Shown here one piece after another: positions 1 to 10,451 of a DNA stretch of 37,107 nucleotides. The stretch's first letter is position 1; each line of letters opens with the position of its first letter. The DNA lies in NCBI RefSeq assembly GCF_044704955.1, contig NC_091980.1:306962001-306999107 (forward strand), in the 5' to 3' direction. Under the pieces are notes generated by a model. The model saw only the letters and a program-made list of their open reading frames with translations, did no database searches and was not told the DNA's origin. The translations under genes were made by a program, and so were the position numbers. This DNA comes from Pristiophorus japonicus (taxonomy: Eukaryota).

Positions 1-135
1 CAGCCCTCTGGGGTAGGGAATTCCAACAATTCACCACCCTCAGAGAAGAAATTCCTCCTCATCTCAGTTTTAAATGGGCGACCCCTTATTCTGAAACGAT
101 GCCCCCCCCTAGTTCGAGATTCCCCCACGAGGGGA
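1..135 (-). mobile_element. CR1-clade LINE ORF2 C-terminal fragment
   Basis: Reverse strand encodes PLVGESRTRG..RIRGRPFKTEMRRNFFS, the typical CR1 ORF2 3' end; homologous to the copies at 1060 and 23100. Confidence 0.85.
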
Positions 136-137
136 TC

Positions 138-841
138 AAATGCAAGTCAGAGAGAGCAGAGCAGGGGTGGGGAGGGCGAGTTGCAGGACAAGGTTCGGGC
201 AGCAGAGCTTTGGCTCAGTTGAGGTTTACAGAGTGTGGGGGATAGGAGGCCATCAGGAGCACACTGCAATAGTCGCAGCCGTCGGCCTCCTGCAGCAGCG
301 CGTGCTGCTCCCTGCAGTGCCATGCCCACACATGTCGCTCCCTCGAATGGCCCCGGCCTGCTGATGGTCTTGCAGGCCGAGACCGCAAATGCAGGTCGCT
401 GATTGCAGTGCGGGCAGGTACAGCAGGAGCTGCGAGGTCGGGGTGAAGGAGCGGCGAGAGATTGTAGAGGGAACGTGATCGGGGCCCCAGGAGAGACGAG
501 AGTTCGGGGCCAGAAGAGGCGAGGGCCCAGAGGCAGCACGGGCCCAGCCCACACTGTGCGATATGTGCGAGCACACTGGGTCCGTGCAGCAGAGCTGGTC
601 TCCAGTCGTCCTGGTTAATCCTTGCCACTGGACCAAGACCTAGCTCTGTCAAGCCCCGTGTGGTGCCTGGTGTGCAACGGCCACCACACGTTAAAAAAAT
701 CCACGCACAGGCATCTTCCACCCTTCAACATGTAGTTCAGGATCTGGAATATTAGGTCCTTCATTGAAACACCTGCGAACTCATCCCTTTTTGGCGTGGA
801 AGCAAGTCATCCTCGCTTCACGGGACCACCTATGATGATGA
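138..841 (+). mobile_element. Internally deleted (bipartite) non-autonomous RTE element: 5' UTR, degenerate ORF start, 3' tail
   Basis: Ends tggaagcaagtcatcctcgcttcacgggaccacctatgatgatga, matching the RTE tail at 7796-7839; at 730 reads M*FRIWNIRSF, resembling an APE endonuclease start (GTWNVRTL type); 5' part shared with copies at 13040 and 26170. Confidence 0.75.
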
Positions 842-965
842 CTGGAATAGTTCCGTGACAAAAGCATGGCTGGGGGTTCCAGCAGCAGATGGGCGGAGCT
901 GGGGGCGGGGGCGGAGCCTGGCGATATCATGCAGGTGGAAGTTGACGGTCTTCGTGATGGGAGCT
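842..965 (-). mobile_element. L2 LINE ORF2 fragment
   Basis: Minus frame KTVNFHLHDIARLRP..SAAGTPSHAFVT resembles L2 FHLRNIARLRP..AETLIHAFVTSRLDY; homologous to 6740-6850. Confidence 0.75.
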
Positions 966-1055
966 GGTGTAGAGTGGTCGGAACAACAAAGGGCGACGTG
1001 GTCCAACACATGAAACACTTTCGAAGGGTTGTCATCGTTGCTGTAATGTAGGAAG

Positions 1056-1383
1056 TCCAATGTTGGGGAAGTCCAGAACCAGGGGTCACAGTCTGAGGAT
1101 AAGGGGTAAGCCATTTAGGACTGAGATGAGGAGAAACTCCTTCACCCAGAGAGTGGTGAACCTGTGGAATTCTCTACCACAGAAAGTAGTTGAGGCCAAT
1201 TCACTAAATATATTCAAAAGGGAGTTAGATGAAGTCCTTACTACTCGGGGGATCAAGGGGTATGGCGAGAAAGCAGGAAGCGGGTACTGAAGTTTCATGT
1301 TCAGCCATGAACTCATTGAATGGCGGTGCAGGCTAGAAGGGCTGAATGGCCTACTCCTGCACCTATTTTCTATGTTTCTATGA
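1056..1383 (+). mobile_element. CR1 (HER1-like) LINE 3' end, inserted into a degenerate minus-strand DeuSINE
   Basis: ORF SRTRGHSLRIRGKPFRTEMRRNSFTQRVVNLWNSLPQKVVEA; tail ttctatgtttctatg; SINE sequence resumes on both sides (gtaatgtaggaa / aacgcgg..gcacagcaagct, head remnant to about 1486). Confidence 0.9.
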
Positions 1384-1594
1384 AACGCGGTGGTCAATTT
1401 ACGCACAGCAAGCTTCCAATGTGCTCAAGTGGGGCTTGAACCCACCACCTTCTGACTCTCAACAGAGCTACCACTGAGCCACGGTTGGGCACTTTCAAAA
1501 ATGATGGGGGGAAAAAAAAAGTCCAGTTTTTGCCAACGATTTCAGCCCACATCTGCCGGGCGAAGGGTTGTGCTGTAACGTTATCGTGCCTTAC

Positions 1595-1651
1595 ATCGCT
1601 GAGCATCACATTCAAACAAGGCTTCAACTCAACTGTAATTCCACTTGCAAG
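1595..1651 (-). other. Candidate spliced exon (57 nt; one open frame, LASGITVELKPCLNVMLSD)
   Basis: Minus strand ttcttctctgcag|CTT...GAT|gtaagg; unique sequence; other two frames contain stops; no protein homology recognised. Confidence 0.4.
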
Positions 1652-1999
1652 CTGCAGAGAAGAATGCCATTTTTTTTTTTAAACAAGATCTGGGTGAATA
1701 GTTTATTGGAAACCAGACACCTCTGGGAATCAGGGCAATGCTGGTGAAAGCCACTGGTGCCAAAGGTTGCACCCAGCAAAACTGATTTAACCCTTTCAGG
1801 ACCACAGTGGTGGTTTGCGCTCAATTATTAAAAGCAGATGACTCGAGCTTAATCTCGGGTTAAACGGGAGTTTCGGTCACACACAGCGGGGGCACATGCA
1901 GCCGACTGTCACCCAAAGCAGCACGTGCAAACTGGGCATTGTTGTCCAGAAAGATTCAAATCTCTGCAAAAATATAATGGTGCTTCGCAACAGTCTTAC

Positions 2000-2031
2000 C
2001 CTCGACTGTTTACCTGGAATAATGTACAACT
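2000..2031 (-). other. Candidate 32 nt exon ((E)LYIIPGKQSR)
   Basis: ttcttgtttgtgcacag|AGT...AGG|gtaaga; phase 1 to phase 0, compatible with neighbouring candidates. Confidence 0.3.
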
Positions 2032-2114
2032 CTGTGCACAAACAAGAACCTTGAACAGGCTTGTGCAATTTATATACAAAGCTCAGCAAGAGGCACAGTC
2101 AACAGTTTGACCCA

Positions 2115-2930
2115 AAGCAATTTGCATCTATATAGCGCCTTTAACGTAGTAAAATGTCCCAAGGCGCTTCACAGGAGCGTAATCAGGCAAAGATTTGACA
2201 CCGAGCCACATAGGGAGATATTGGGACAGGTGACCAAAAGCCTGGTCCCAGCGGTAGGTTTTAAAAAGAAAAAGACTTGCATTTCTATAGCGCCCTTCAC
2301 GATCAAAGCACTTGACAGCAAATGAAGTATTTTTGGAGTGCAGTCACTGTTGTAATGTGGGAAACACAGCAGCCAATTTGCGCACAGCAAGGTCCCACAA
2401 ACAGCAATGTAATAATGACCAGATAGTTGCTTTCATCATGTTGATTGAGGGATAAATATTGGCCAAGGACACCAGGGATAACTCCCCTGCTCTTCTTCGA
2501 AATAGTGCCATGGGACCTTTTACGTCCACTCGAGAGAGCAGACGAGGCCTCCGTTTAACGTCTCATCCGAAAAATGGCACCTCCAACAGTGCAGCACTCC
2601 CTCAGCACTGCACTGGGAGTGTCAGCCTAGATTTATGTGCTCAAGTCCCTGGAGTGGGACTTGAACCGCACAACCTTCTGACTCAGCGGTGAGGGTGTTA
2701 CCCACTGAGCCACGGCGGACACTGACATTAATGGTGAGGCAACGGAAATATGGGATGCGCAAGAGGCTAGAGTTGGGGGAACACAGAGTTCTCGAAGGGT
2801 TGTGAGTCTGGAGAAGGTTAGAGACAGAGAGGGAGGGGGTGAGGCCATGGAGGGATTTGAACACGAGGGTGAGAATTCGGGACCTGGACTTGGTACAAGT
2901 TAGGATACGGGCAGCAGAGTTTTGGATGAA
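2115..2930 (-). mobile_element. L2 LINE 3' end, interrupted by a DeuSINE
   Basis: Tail ttgcatctatatagcgcctttaacgtagtaaaa; minus frame MFKSLHGLTP resumes after the SINE; homologous to 6160-6860. Confidence 0.8.
2265..2722 (-). mobile_element. Full-length tRNA-derived DeuSINE (SacSINE1-like)
   Basis: A box gtggctcagtggg, B box ggttcaagtccc, Deu core gagggagtgctgcactgttggaggtgcc..ggatgagacgttaaac, L2-like tail gcgctatagaaatgcaagtcttt. Confidence 0.9.
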
Positions 2931-3369
2931 AACTAATTCTGGTTGTGAAGAAATGCATCCGTTAATTGTCCAAATTATGAAGGACCCCAGGGATAGGGGG
3001 AAGCAAAGGGTCCAATTACAGCAGATTAATCAACGACCAGTGCACAGAAGGCAGCTGAGGAAGAGATGTTGGTGATCCATCTTAAGTAGGACTCCAAAAG
3101 AGTTCCATCTTAAGTAGGCCCAAACCCTCGAGTTAGGAGCAGAAGTGGGGAACCCAAACTCTGGACCTCTCAGGAGAATTACTCGTGTCTGAAAAAGCTA
3201 CCCTCCACCGAGCAGATACCTCCCTGCAAGTGCTTCAGCCGTACATCTAGAATTGGAATGTTTAGGAGCTTCCAGTGAGAAAAGCAATAGTTCTACTGGT
3301 AATTACGGGAACATCTTTCCTCCCGAGATCCTGTGATGGAGTCTGGTACCGGCCTGATTACCTGGGTAT

Positions 3370-3712
3370 GAACACGAGAACAAAGAATTAGGAGCAGTCG
3401 GCCATACGGCTCCTCGAGCCAGCTCCGCCAGTCAATGAGATCATGGCTGATCTTCGACATCAACTCCATGTTTCCGCCTGATCTCCATATCCCTCGATTC
3501 CCCTGGACTCCAAAAAATCTATCAAAAAATCTTGAAAATACTCAACGACTGAGCATCCTTATAGGGCAGAGAATCTCAAAGATTCACAACCCTCTGAGTG
3601 AAGAGATTCCTCCTCATCGCAGTCTTAAATGGGCGACCCTTTATCCTGAGACTGTGCCCCCTAGTTCTAGACACTCTCTCCAGCCAGGGGAAACAACCTC
3701 TCAGCATCTATC
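3370..3712 (-). mobile_element. CR1 LINE 3' end
   Basis: aagaattaggagcag..ggccat..ctcgagcc tail, then reverse-strand ESRTRGHSLRIKGRPF. Confidence 0.85.
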
Positions 3713-3723
3713 CTGAAGTAGTA

Positions 3724-3975
3724 CCGATGTGACGTCCGAAATCCAGAAACGGCGGGACTGAGGCCGTTCCGGGTATTTCCGGATTTCGGAATGTCTTTGC
3801 CTGGGCCGAGGAAGGTAGAGGTGTGGGGGGGGGGGGGGGGGGGAAGGTCGGGCCGCTGGAGGTCTAGGGGTCGGTCGGGTCGAGGCCGGAACATTTTCCG
3901 GTTTCCGGACAGCCCCGCGTCCAGGTTCCGGAACATTCCGGATTCTGGAACTCTGGGTTTAGGACGTCGCACCTG
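3724..3975. mobile_element. Tc1/mariner (Tigger/pogo-like) MITE
   Basis: Imperfect 24 bp TIRs (ccgatgtgacgtccgaaatccaga / tctgggtttaggacgtcgcacctg), flanking TA at 3722-3723 and 3976-3977, internal tccgga repeats. Confidence 0.7.
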
Positions 3976-4048
3976 TATGAAGTAAGGAGGAGGAAGACGA
4001 AACGAAAACGGAAAAACGACCCTTCTCCACATTTGCCCCAAAACATAC

Positions 4049-4340
4049 CAAGTATGGTGCAAATTATGCCTTCTGTGCAACCAGAACCCACCGTATTCAA
4101 TTTACTCAGAGTACAAGACGCTATTAAAGCCCGTGACAGAAGCGATTTGGTGTTCACGATGCACCACATAAAAACGTCGGTTTAATCCTTTCCATTTGTC
4201 ATACAAGATGAGGAGCCAAAGCCATCTTTGCCAGTGACAATGTCTTTAACAAGAATGGAGTGCGCACACAATCTGACTCAAAGTGTACAGTTTACTCCAA
4301 GGATTAACTGACCCAAGCATCCAATTCAGAATACCGTGGC
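4049..4340 (-). other. Candidate exon (292 nt; ATG at 4169 open to the donor)
   Basis: gttgtccttttaag|GCC...CTTG|gtatgt; unique sequence; 5' part has stops in all frames. Confidence 0.3.
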
Positions 4341-4524
4341 CTTAAAAGGACAACTTTAACAAGAGTATAACTCAGCTCCTGTTTGTATAATACATAAAGA
4401 TTGTGCCCATAAGGGAAAACAAATTTAGTGGAGTCTGGGAGCAGAGGCCAAGCAGATTAAGTGTAACCTCGATGTGACTGAGGGCAAAGCCACTACTTGG
4501 CAGGCTTCTCAAAATCGTTAAGAG

Positions 4525-4788
4525 GTGTGAACGCACACACAGAGGAACGCACAAACACAGGTATGCGCGCGCGCGCACACACACACAAACACAGGTACGC
4601 GTGCAGAAGGTACGCATGCAGAGGGTACACACAGGTACGTGAACACAGGTGCACACAAACACAGAAGGTACGTGTGCAGAAGGTACACACATGCGCGCGC
4701 ACACAAACACAGGTACGCGTGTAGAAGGTACGCACGTGCATACACATACACAGGTACGCGTGCACACACACACACGTACACATGTACA
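4525..4788. repeat. Degenerate (CA/GC)-rich minisatellite with aggtac-containing units
   Basis: Repeated acaggtacgcgtg / gaaggtac interleaved with (ca)n and (gc)n. Confidence 0.85.
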
Positions 4789-5474
4789 GATCAAAACCAA
4801 GACTACAAAGTTAAGTAAAAAAAAAGAAAACAAACAGACATCTGTAAATTAACCCTTCCTCCGTTTAATGATGACGTTCAGATAGGAAGATAAGCAGGGA
4901 TACACCCTCCTCAGTAGAAATTACCAGCAGCATCAAATAAAACTACATCACACAAACAAAGCTCTGTTTATCTCAGATGACGGCTCTGGGAATAAACCAG
5001 AAATTACTTCTCTAATTTTTCCAGCGGTTGGTTTTATTTTCTCGGTATGATTTCCTTTTCTCTCCAGAGAGAGTTTGCAGCCGACTCAGCTCAGTCAGCA
5101 GGGGCCGGATAGGACACCCAGTCTGCTGTCTCTCTCGTTGTGACTAGGATTCCACTCAAGCAAAATGGTGAAGATATGAAATTGTTGAACTCTGGCAGAC
5201 ACCCAGGAGGAGAACACAATAGTGTGTGTTGTGTCGGAGCAGGGAGCAGTACTGGTTACAGGTGGCAGCAGTTTGAGCGATGCAACTGAAGGGAGTGAAA
5301 TAAAGGCACTTTCATATTTACCCATTAATATGTGCTGTCTGGACAGAGAAAGCCTCGCGTGCCACTGGCCCCCACCCCCTTAGAAACATGTCTGACAGAC
5401 AGCTGCCTGCTGCTGGGCTCTGTTGGACCACGTGGAGACCGATGACTGCAAACGCTAGCTTCCTGCGATATCTC

Positions 5475-5741
5475 AGTCGTGGCTCAGTGGGTAACACTCT
5501 TGCCTCGGAGTCACAAGGCTGTGGGTTCAAGTCCCACTCCCGAGACTTGAGCACAAGATCTAGGCTGACACTCCACAGTGCAGTGATGAGGGAGTGCCGC
5601 ACTGTCGGAGGTGCTGTCTTTCGGATGAGATGTTTAAACCGAGGCCTCATCTGCTCGCTCAGGTGGACGTAAAAGATCCCAGGGCCACTATTTTGAAGAA
5701 GTGCAGGGGAGTTCTCCCTGGTGTCCTGGGCCAATACTTAT
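5475..5741 (+). mobile_element. DeuSINE 5' half
   Basis: gtggctcagtgggtaacactc..gggttcaagtcccactcc and Deu core, truncated after ccaatactta. Confidence 0.9.
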
Positions 5742-6003
5742 TCATCACTGGTGGGCCGACTCCTTATGGTGACCACGACCCACAAAGGAGACGGGTGGGG
5801 AATTCCAACATTTTAACCGAGATATTGAGAGCCACAATTCCAATCTATATCTTCCTCTTTCCCCACTCAGAACCGCTGGTTTAATCAACGAGTTCTGCCG
5901 ACATTGACAGGACATGGTTGAGGGGATTTACAGATGCGGACAGCGTCAGCGAGCCGATCAATCGATACTATAACAAGGCAACAATAATTAGGTTCCCTCT
6001 TAC

Positions 6004-6100
6004 CATTGGGTACAACCATTCCTCCAAGCAATTATTCCTCTCCTGCCGCCACCCCTCAATATTGTCATTAACAGTCAATAGAAAGTTTCACATTTAGAAA
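6004..6100 (-). other. Weak candidate exon (stops in all frames)
   Basis: actgactgcag|TTT...AATG|gtaaga; strong donor, poor pyrimidine tract. Confidence 0.15.
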
Positions 6101-6159
6101 CTGCAGTCAGTTAAACCCCCCCCGCCAGAACCCCCACCCCAGGTCTAACACCATGGGCT

Positions 6160-6860
6160 ATAACAACTTGCATTTATATAGCGCCTTTAACGAAGTTAAA
6201 CGTCCCACGGCGTTTCGCAGGAGCAGATGACAAAATTTGACACCGAGCCACGGAAGGAGATATCCAGTACTGGTGATCAAAAACATGGTCCAAGATGTAG
6301 GTTTTAAAAAAACTCTTGAAGCAGGAGAGTTGTAGAGAGGTGGAGAGGTGGAGAGGTGGAGAGGTTTAGGGAGGGAATTCCAGAGCTTGGGGTCCAGGCA
6401 ACCGAAGGCACGGCCACCAATGGTGGAGCGATTATAATCAGGGATGTGCAAGAGGGCAGAATGCGTGGTGTGCAATGCTCTCACGGGGGTGGGGGGGGAA
6501 GGGTTTGCGGGACTGGAGGAGGTTACAGAGATAGGGAGGGGCGAGGCCATGGAGGGATTTGAAAACAACTATGAGAATTTGAAAACCGAGGCGTTGCCGG
6601 ACCGGGAGCCAATGTAGGTCAGCGAGCAAAGGTGCTGATGGGTGAGCGGGACTTTGTGCGAGTTACAACGCGGGCTGCTGAGTTTGGGATGACCTCTAAT
6701 TTACATGGGGATAGAACGTGGGAGGCCAGCCAGGAGTGTGTTGGAATAGTCGAGTCGAGACGTAACAAAGGCCTGGATGAGGGTTTCAGCAGCGGATGAG
6801 CTGAGGATGGAGACGGGCGAAGTCACGGAGGGGGAAGCACGAGATCTTGCTGATGTGAGC
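6160..6860 (-). mobile_element. L2 LINE 3' ~700 bp
   Basis: MLADLHWLPVRQRLGFQILIVVFKSLHGLAPPYLCNLL and IGGRAFGCLDPKLWNSLP are hallmark L2 ORF2 motifs; (aac)n tail. Confidence 0.92.
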
Positions 6861-7167
6861 GGCTACAGTTAGAAACAAATTATAGCCGGAGGCAAAGCCA
6901 GGGGTTTAGGAACAAACTGCTGCACCAGTTGCCAGTGGACACGCACTGTACGCGAGCCCTGTAACCAAACATCTGCCTTTTCAAGCTCCACTTCCGCCCA
7001 GTAAACATAAAATGTTGATCATTTTTAATCCAATATTAAGTAACATTTTGATGCTTGATCCCAATTCCTTTTAGCTGGTTAATTTGTTATTTTATAAATG
7101 GTGCTATCATCTATTTCAATAAGCCACACAATGCTTGCAACCTAGTGATTAGTTCAGTGATAGTAGT

Positions 7168-7839
7168 AGGCCCTCGAATCTGGCACCAAGCTCATGGTCT
7201 ACAGGGCTCTAGTGATGTCCGCCCTCCTGTGTGGCTCAGAGACATGGACCATGTGCGGTAGACACCTCAAATCGCTGGAGAAATACCACCAACGATGTCT
7301 CCGCCAGATTCTGCAAATCCCCTGGGAGCATAGACGCACCAACGTCAGTGTTCTCGATCAGGCCAACATCAAAGCACTGACCACACTTGACCAGCTCCGT
7401 TGGGCGGGCCACATTGTCCACATGCCCGACACAAGACTCCTAAAGCCAGTGCTCTACTTGGAACTCCTACACGGCAAGCGAACCCCAAGTGGGCAAAGGA
7501 AACATTTCAAGGACACCCTCAAAGCCTCCTTGATAAAGTGCAACATCCCCACCGACACTTGGGAGTCCCTGGCCCAAGACCACCCTAACTGAAGGAAGAG
7601 CATCCGGGAGGGCGCTGAGCACCTCGAGTCTCATCGCCGAGAGCATGCAGAAACCAAGCGCAGGCAGCGGAAAGAGCGTGCGGCAAACCAGACTCCCCAC
7701 CCACCCCTTCCCTCCAACCACTGTCTGTCCCACCTGTGACAAAGACTGTGGCTCTCGTATTGGACTGTTCAGTCACTTGAGAGCTCACTTTTAGAGTGGA
7801 AGTCTTCCTCGATTTTGAGGGACTGCCTATGATAATGAG
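7168..7839 (+). mobile_element. RTE-clade LINE 3' end (5'-truncated)
   Basis: MVYRALVMSALLCGSETWT..HQRCLRQILQIPW..QLRWAGHIVHM..GQRKHFKDTLK, C-terminal CPTC..SHLRAH, tail gagggactgcctatgataatga; possible TSD agtt(c/t)agtgat. Confidence 0.93.
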
Positions 7840-7917
7840 TTTAGTGATGTGCATCACATTTGCATATTTGATTATTACAGATCACTAGATATCCAATGTC
7901 ATGATTATTTACGTACA

Positions 7918-8034
7918 CTTTTCTCACATTACAACACTGACTACACTCCAAAAGTACTTCATTGACTGTAAAGCGCTTTGAGACGTCCGGTGGTCGTGAA
8001 AGATGCTATAGAAATGCAAGTCTTTCTTTCTTTT
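7918..8034 (+). mobile_element. DeuSINE 3' tail fragment
   Basis: cattacaacactgactacactccaaaagtacttcattg..gctatagaaatgcaagtctttct. Confidence 0.85.
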
Positions 8035-8584
8035 GACAGTAGAAACTGCAGGCAGCTAGATGGATTCTTCAACAGTTTAAAAACTGGAACAGACTGGAAT
8101 TTTTGAAAAGATATTTTCTTAAAATAAAATAAATATATTTTTTTTTAAATAGTACAGATTTGTGCGTTCAAGGAAAAGGTGGGCAGACAGAAAGCAGAAT
8201 TCTGCGTTGATCAGTTTTCTGCAACTAAGCGACTCTTAAAGTGGAGATTAACCTGGCGTTTATTAGATTATAATCGAACCTCGAGAAGAAAGGAAGATAA
8301 ACTAATTACACAAACCTAGAAGCAACAAGCCATTGGGAATACATTCTCTGCTCCAATTTAAAATGGGCCATTACGGAGATCAACGTCCAAAATCCCAGGA
8401 TAATTGCATTTTAAAGTATTCATGTTTCTACACATAGGGCAGGGGGTAATCACGTTAATTTCCACCCTGCAGGCCACACATCGCAAAGGCTTTTTAATGT
8501 CCTCTTAAGTATCGGGATACCACCATCATTAATGTCTCACAGCACCAGTCTGCCTCCACCGGAGGCGTCCCCTAGCCTTTTGGG

Positions 8585-8760
8585 GGTCAGAAGGTGGTCG
8601 GGTAAATGTCCACTCAAGGCTCGGTTGCAAGAGTCCAGCACTCCCTCGACACTCAACGAAGGGGTCAGCCCAGGTTTTGTGCTCAAGTCCCCGAACACGG
8701 TTTCAATCCACAACCGACTGACTCGGGCATGCTGCTCAGTGAGCCAAGCTGACAATACCC
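8585..8760 (-). mobile_element. Degenerate DeuSINE head
   Basis: cagcactccctc..gtcagcc..tgtgctcaagtcc..gagccaagctgaca. Confidence 0.6.
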
Positions 8761-9057
8761 AGAATACTGCGGAATGTCAAGTGTGCATATTTCACAAGTA
8801 TCATCAGGGCCACTTTGGGCTTCACGCCCACATTTACCATTGGACATGGAGGAGGACCCAGTTTTCCTGATCTTCCACTGCCACCTCCCTGGGCTGCCCA
8901 GAAAACGCGTCGAGTGGATTGCCGAGGGAGTCCTGTGGCACTGCGGATGTCAGCCCCTCCCTCCCGCTCCCCCTAATCCCTGCACTGAAGCCGACCACAG
9001 TGCAAACATCATTCGTAGCCCAAGTGGATCCTGGGCTTAATAAATAATACAACAGTG

Positions 9058-9625
9058 ACTAGAGTACAAAAGCAAGGAAATATAATGAACCTGTATAAAA
9101 CACTGGTTCGGCCTCAACTGGGGTATGGTGTCCAATTCTGGGTCCCGCACTTTAGGAAGGATGTGAAGGCCTTAGAGAGGGTGCAGGAAAGATTTACGAG
9201 AATGGCTCCAGGGATGAGGGACTTCAGTTGCGTGGATAGACTGGAGAAGCTGGGGTTGTTCTCCTTCGAGCAGAGAAGGTTGAGAGGAGATTTGATCGAG
9301 GTGTTCAAAATCATGAGGGGTCTGGACAGAGTAGATTGGGAGAAACTGTTCCCATTGGTGGAAGGGTCAAGAACCAGAGGACACAGATTTAAGGTGATGG
9401 CAGAATTAAAACTTTTTTTTACGCAGCGAGTGGTTAGGATCTGGAATGTACGGCCTGAAAGGGTGATGGAGGCAGATTCAATCACTGCTTTCAAAAAAGA
9501 GAGTTGAAATACCTGACGGGGAAAGGGCGGGGGAGTGGGACTAGCTGAGGTGCTCTTGCAGAGAGCCAGCTCGGGCTCGATGGGCCGAATGGCCTCCTCC
9601 TGTGCTGTAACCATTGTGATTCTAC
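9058..9625 (+). mobile_element. CR1 LINE 3' end
   Basis: LYKTLVRPQLGYGVQFWVPHFRKDVKALERVQERFTRM..RRLRGDLIEVFKIMRG..FFTQRVVRIWN; tail gggccgaatggcctcctcctgtgctgtaa. Confidence 0.95.
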
Positions 9626-10380
9626 ATTCAAAAATCTCTCACACTTGACATTTACGAATATCCCGGCAAAATCATTAATTTTACATTGATGATGAAAAAT
9701 CCCAGGCTCCCGATTCTACTGACAGCCCATCCAGCCCCAGATAGCGAACAGTTCCCAGGACAGGTCAGGGGCAGGTTGTCTGATATCGCAGTGATTGAGC
9801 TGCATTGTTCTACCCATTGTCCCCCCATCAGTACAATAACCATCACACGAAGAGATCACCCACAGTCTGATCAGCACGCTCTGCAATGGCTGGATCACAT
9901 GATCTAATCCCACTCTCCCAGTGGTCACCTGATTCGGTGCCCCGGAGGAGAGCACATTGATTTAAAATAAAGAGCAGCGTAAAGCAGTGCTGAGCTACTG
10001 TGTAAAACACAACTACAGTGGAAATGCACCGGGACAGCTGGACTTTCACACTTTGCAGACATGCCCACTGCCTGCTGAGAGTCAGGGCAGCCCATAATTT
10101 ATCCTTTTGTTCCACGTGTACGGTGCAGACAGAAACACAAGAGCCCGGCATGAAATCGAGTTGCACCAAGGATAGAATTCCCTCCCATTTACACAGGGTT
10201 CCCGGGATATTAATACCAGTCACTGAGATGGACCCAATCCCAACCTTTAGCTGAACGTGTATCTTCTACAGACTGGGGAAGTTTAGATGGTGCCAACACT
10301 CGAACCAACTTTTTCCACTCCGAGCCTGGAATAACTGACGAGGGGGAGGGGAGCAGGGCTAAACTGAATCCTTCACATAC

Positions 10381-10429
10381 ATTTATTCTTTGTAGTACCT
10401 GACAGCCATTTCTTCTGAAGCAGACCATG
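10381..10429 (-). other. Candidate 49 nt exon
   Basis: attgcattccttttcag|CAT...AAT|gtatgt; good acceptor and donor in unique DNA. Confidence 0.35.
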
Positions 10430-10451
10430 CTGAAAAGGAATGCAATCCAGT

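Noticed and set aside
1652-1900. Intronic snoRNA upstream of a candidate acceptor
   Set aside because: A CTGA is present near 1730 on the minus strand, but no C box or H/ACA layout was found
4861-4983. C/D snoRNA (atgatga at 4869, ccgt/acgg ends)
   Set aside because: No terminal CTGA D box on the same strand
5069-5310. Plus-strand terminal exon (tctctccag ... aataaa)
   Set aside because: Early stops in all frames and no supporting upstream plus-strand exons
5475-5545. tRNA genes at SINE heads
   Set aside because: A/B boxes belong to DeuSINEs; no full cloverleaf
7070-7135. miR-29-like sequence on the minus strand (gtggctta..tagcaccattt)
   Set aside because: Only 11 nt match the mature miRNA, the 3' half diverges, and there is no good hairpin
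7194-9507. RTE and CR1 ORFs as host genes
   Set aside because: 5'-truncated LINE ORF2 ends with deletions or stops
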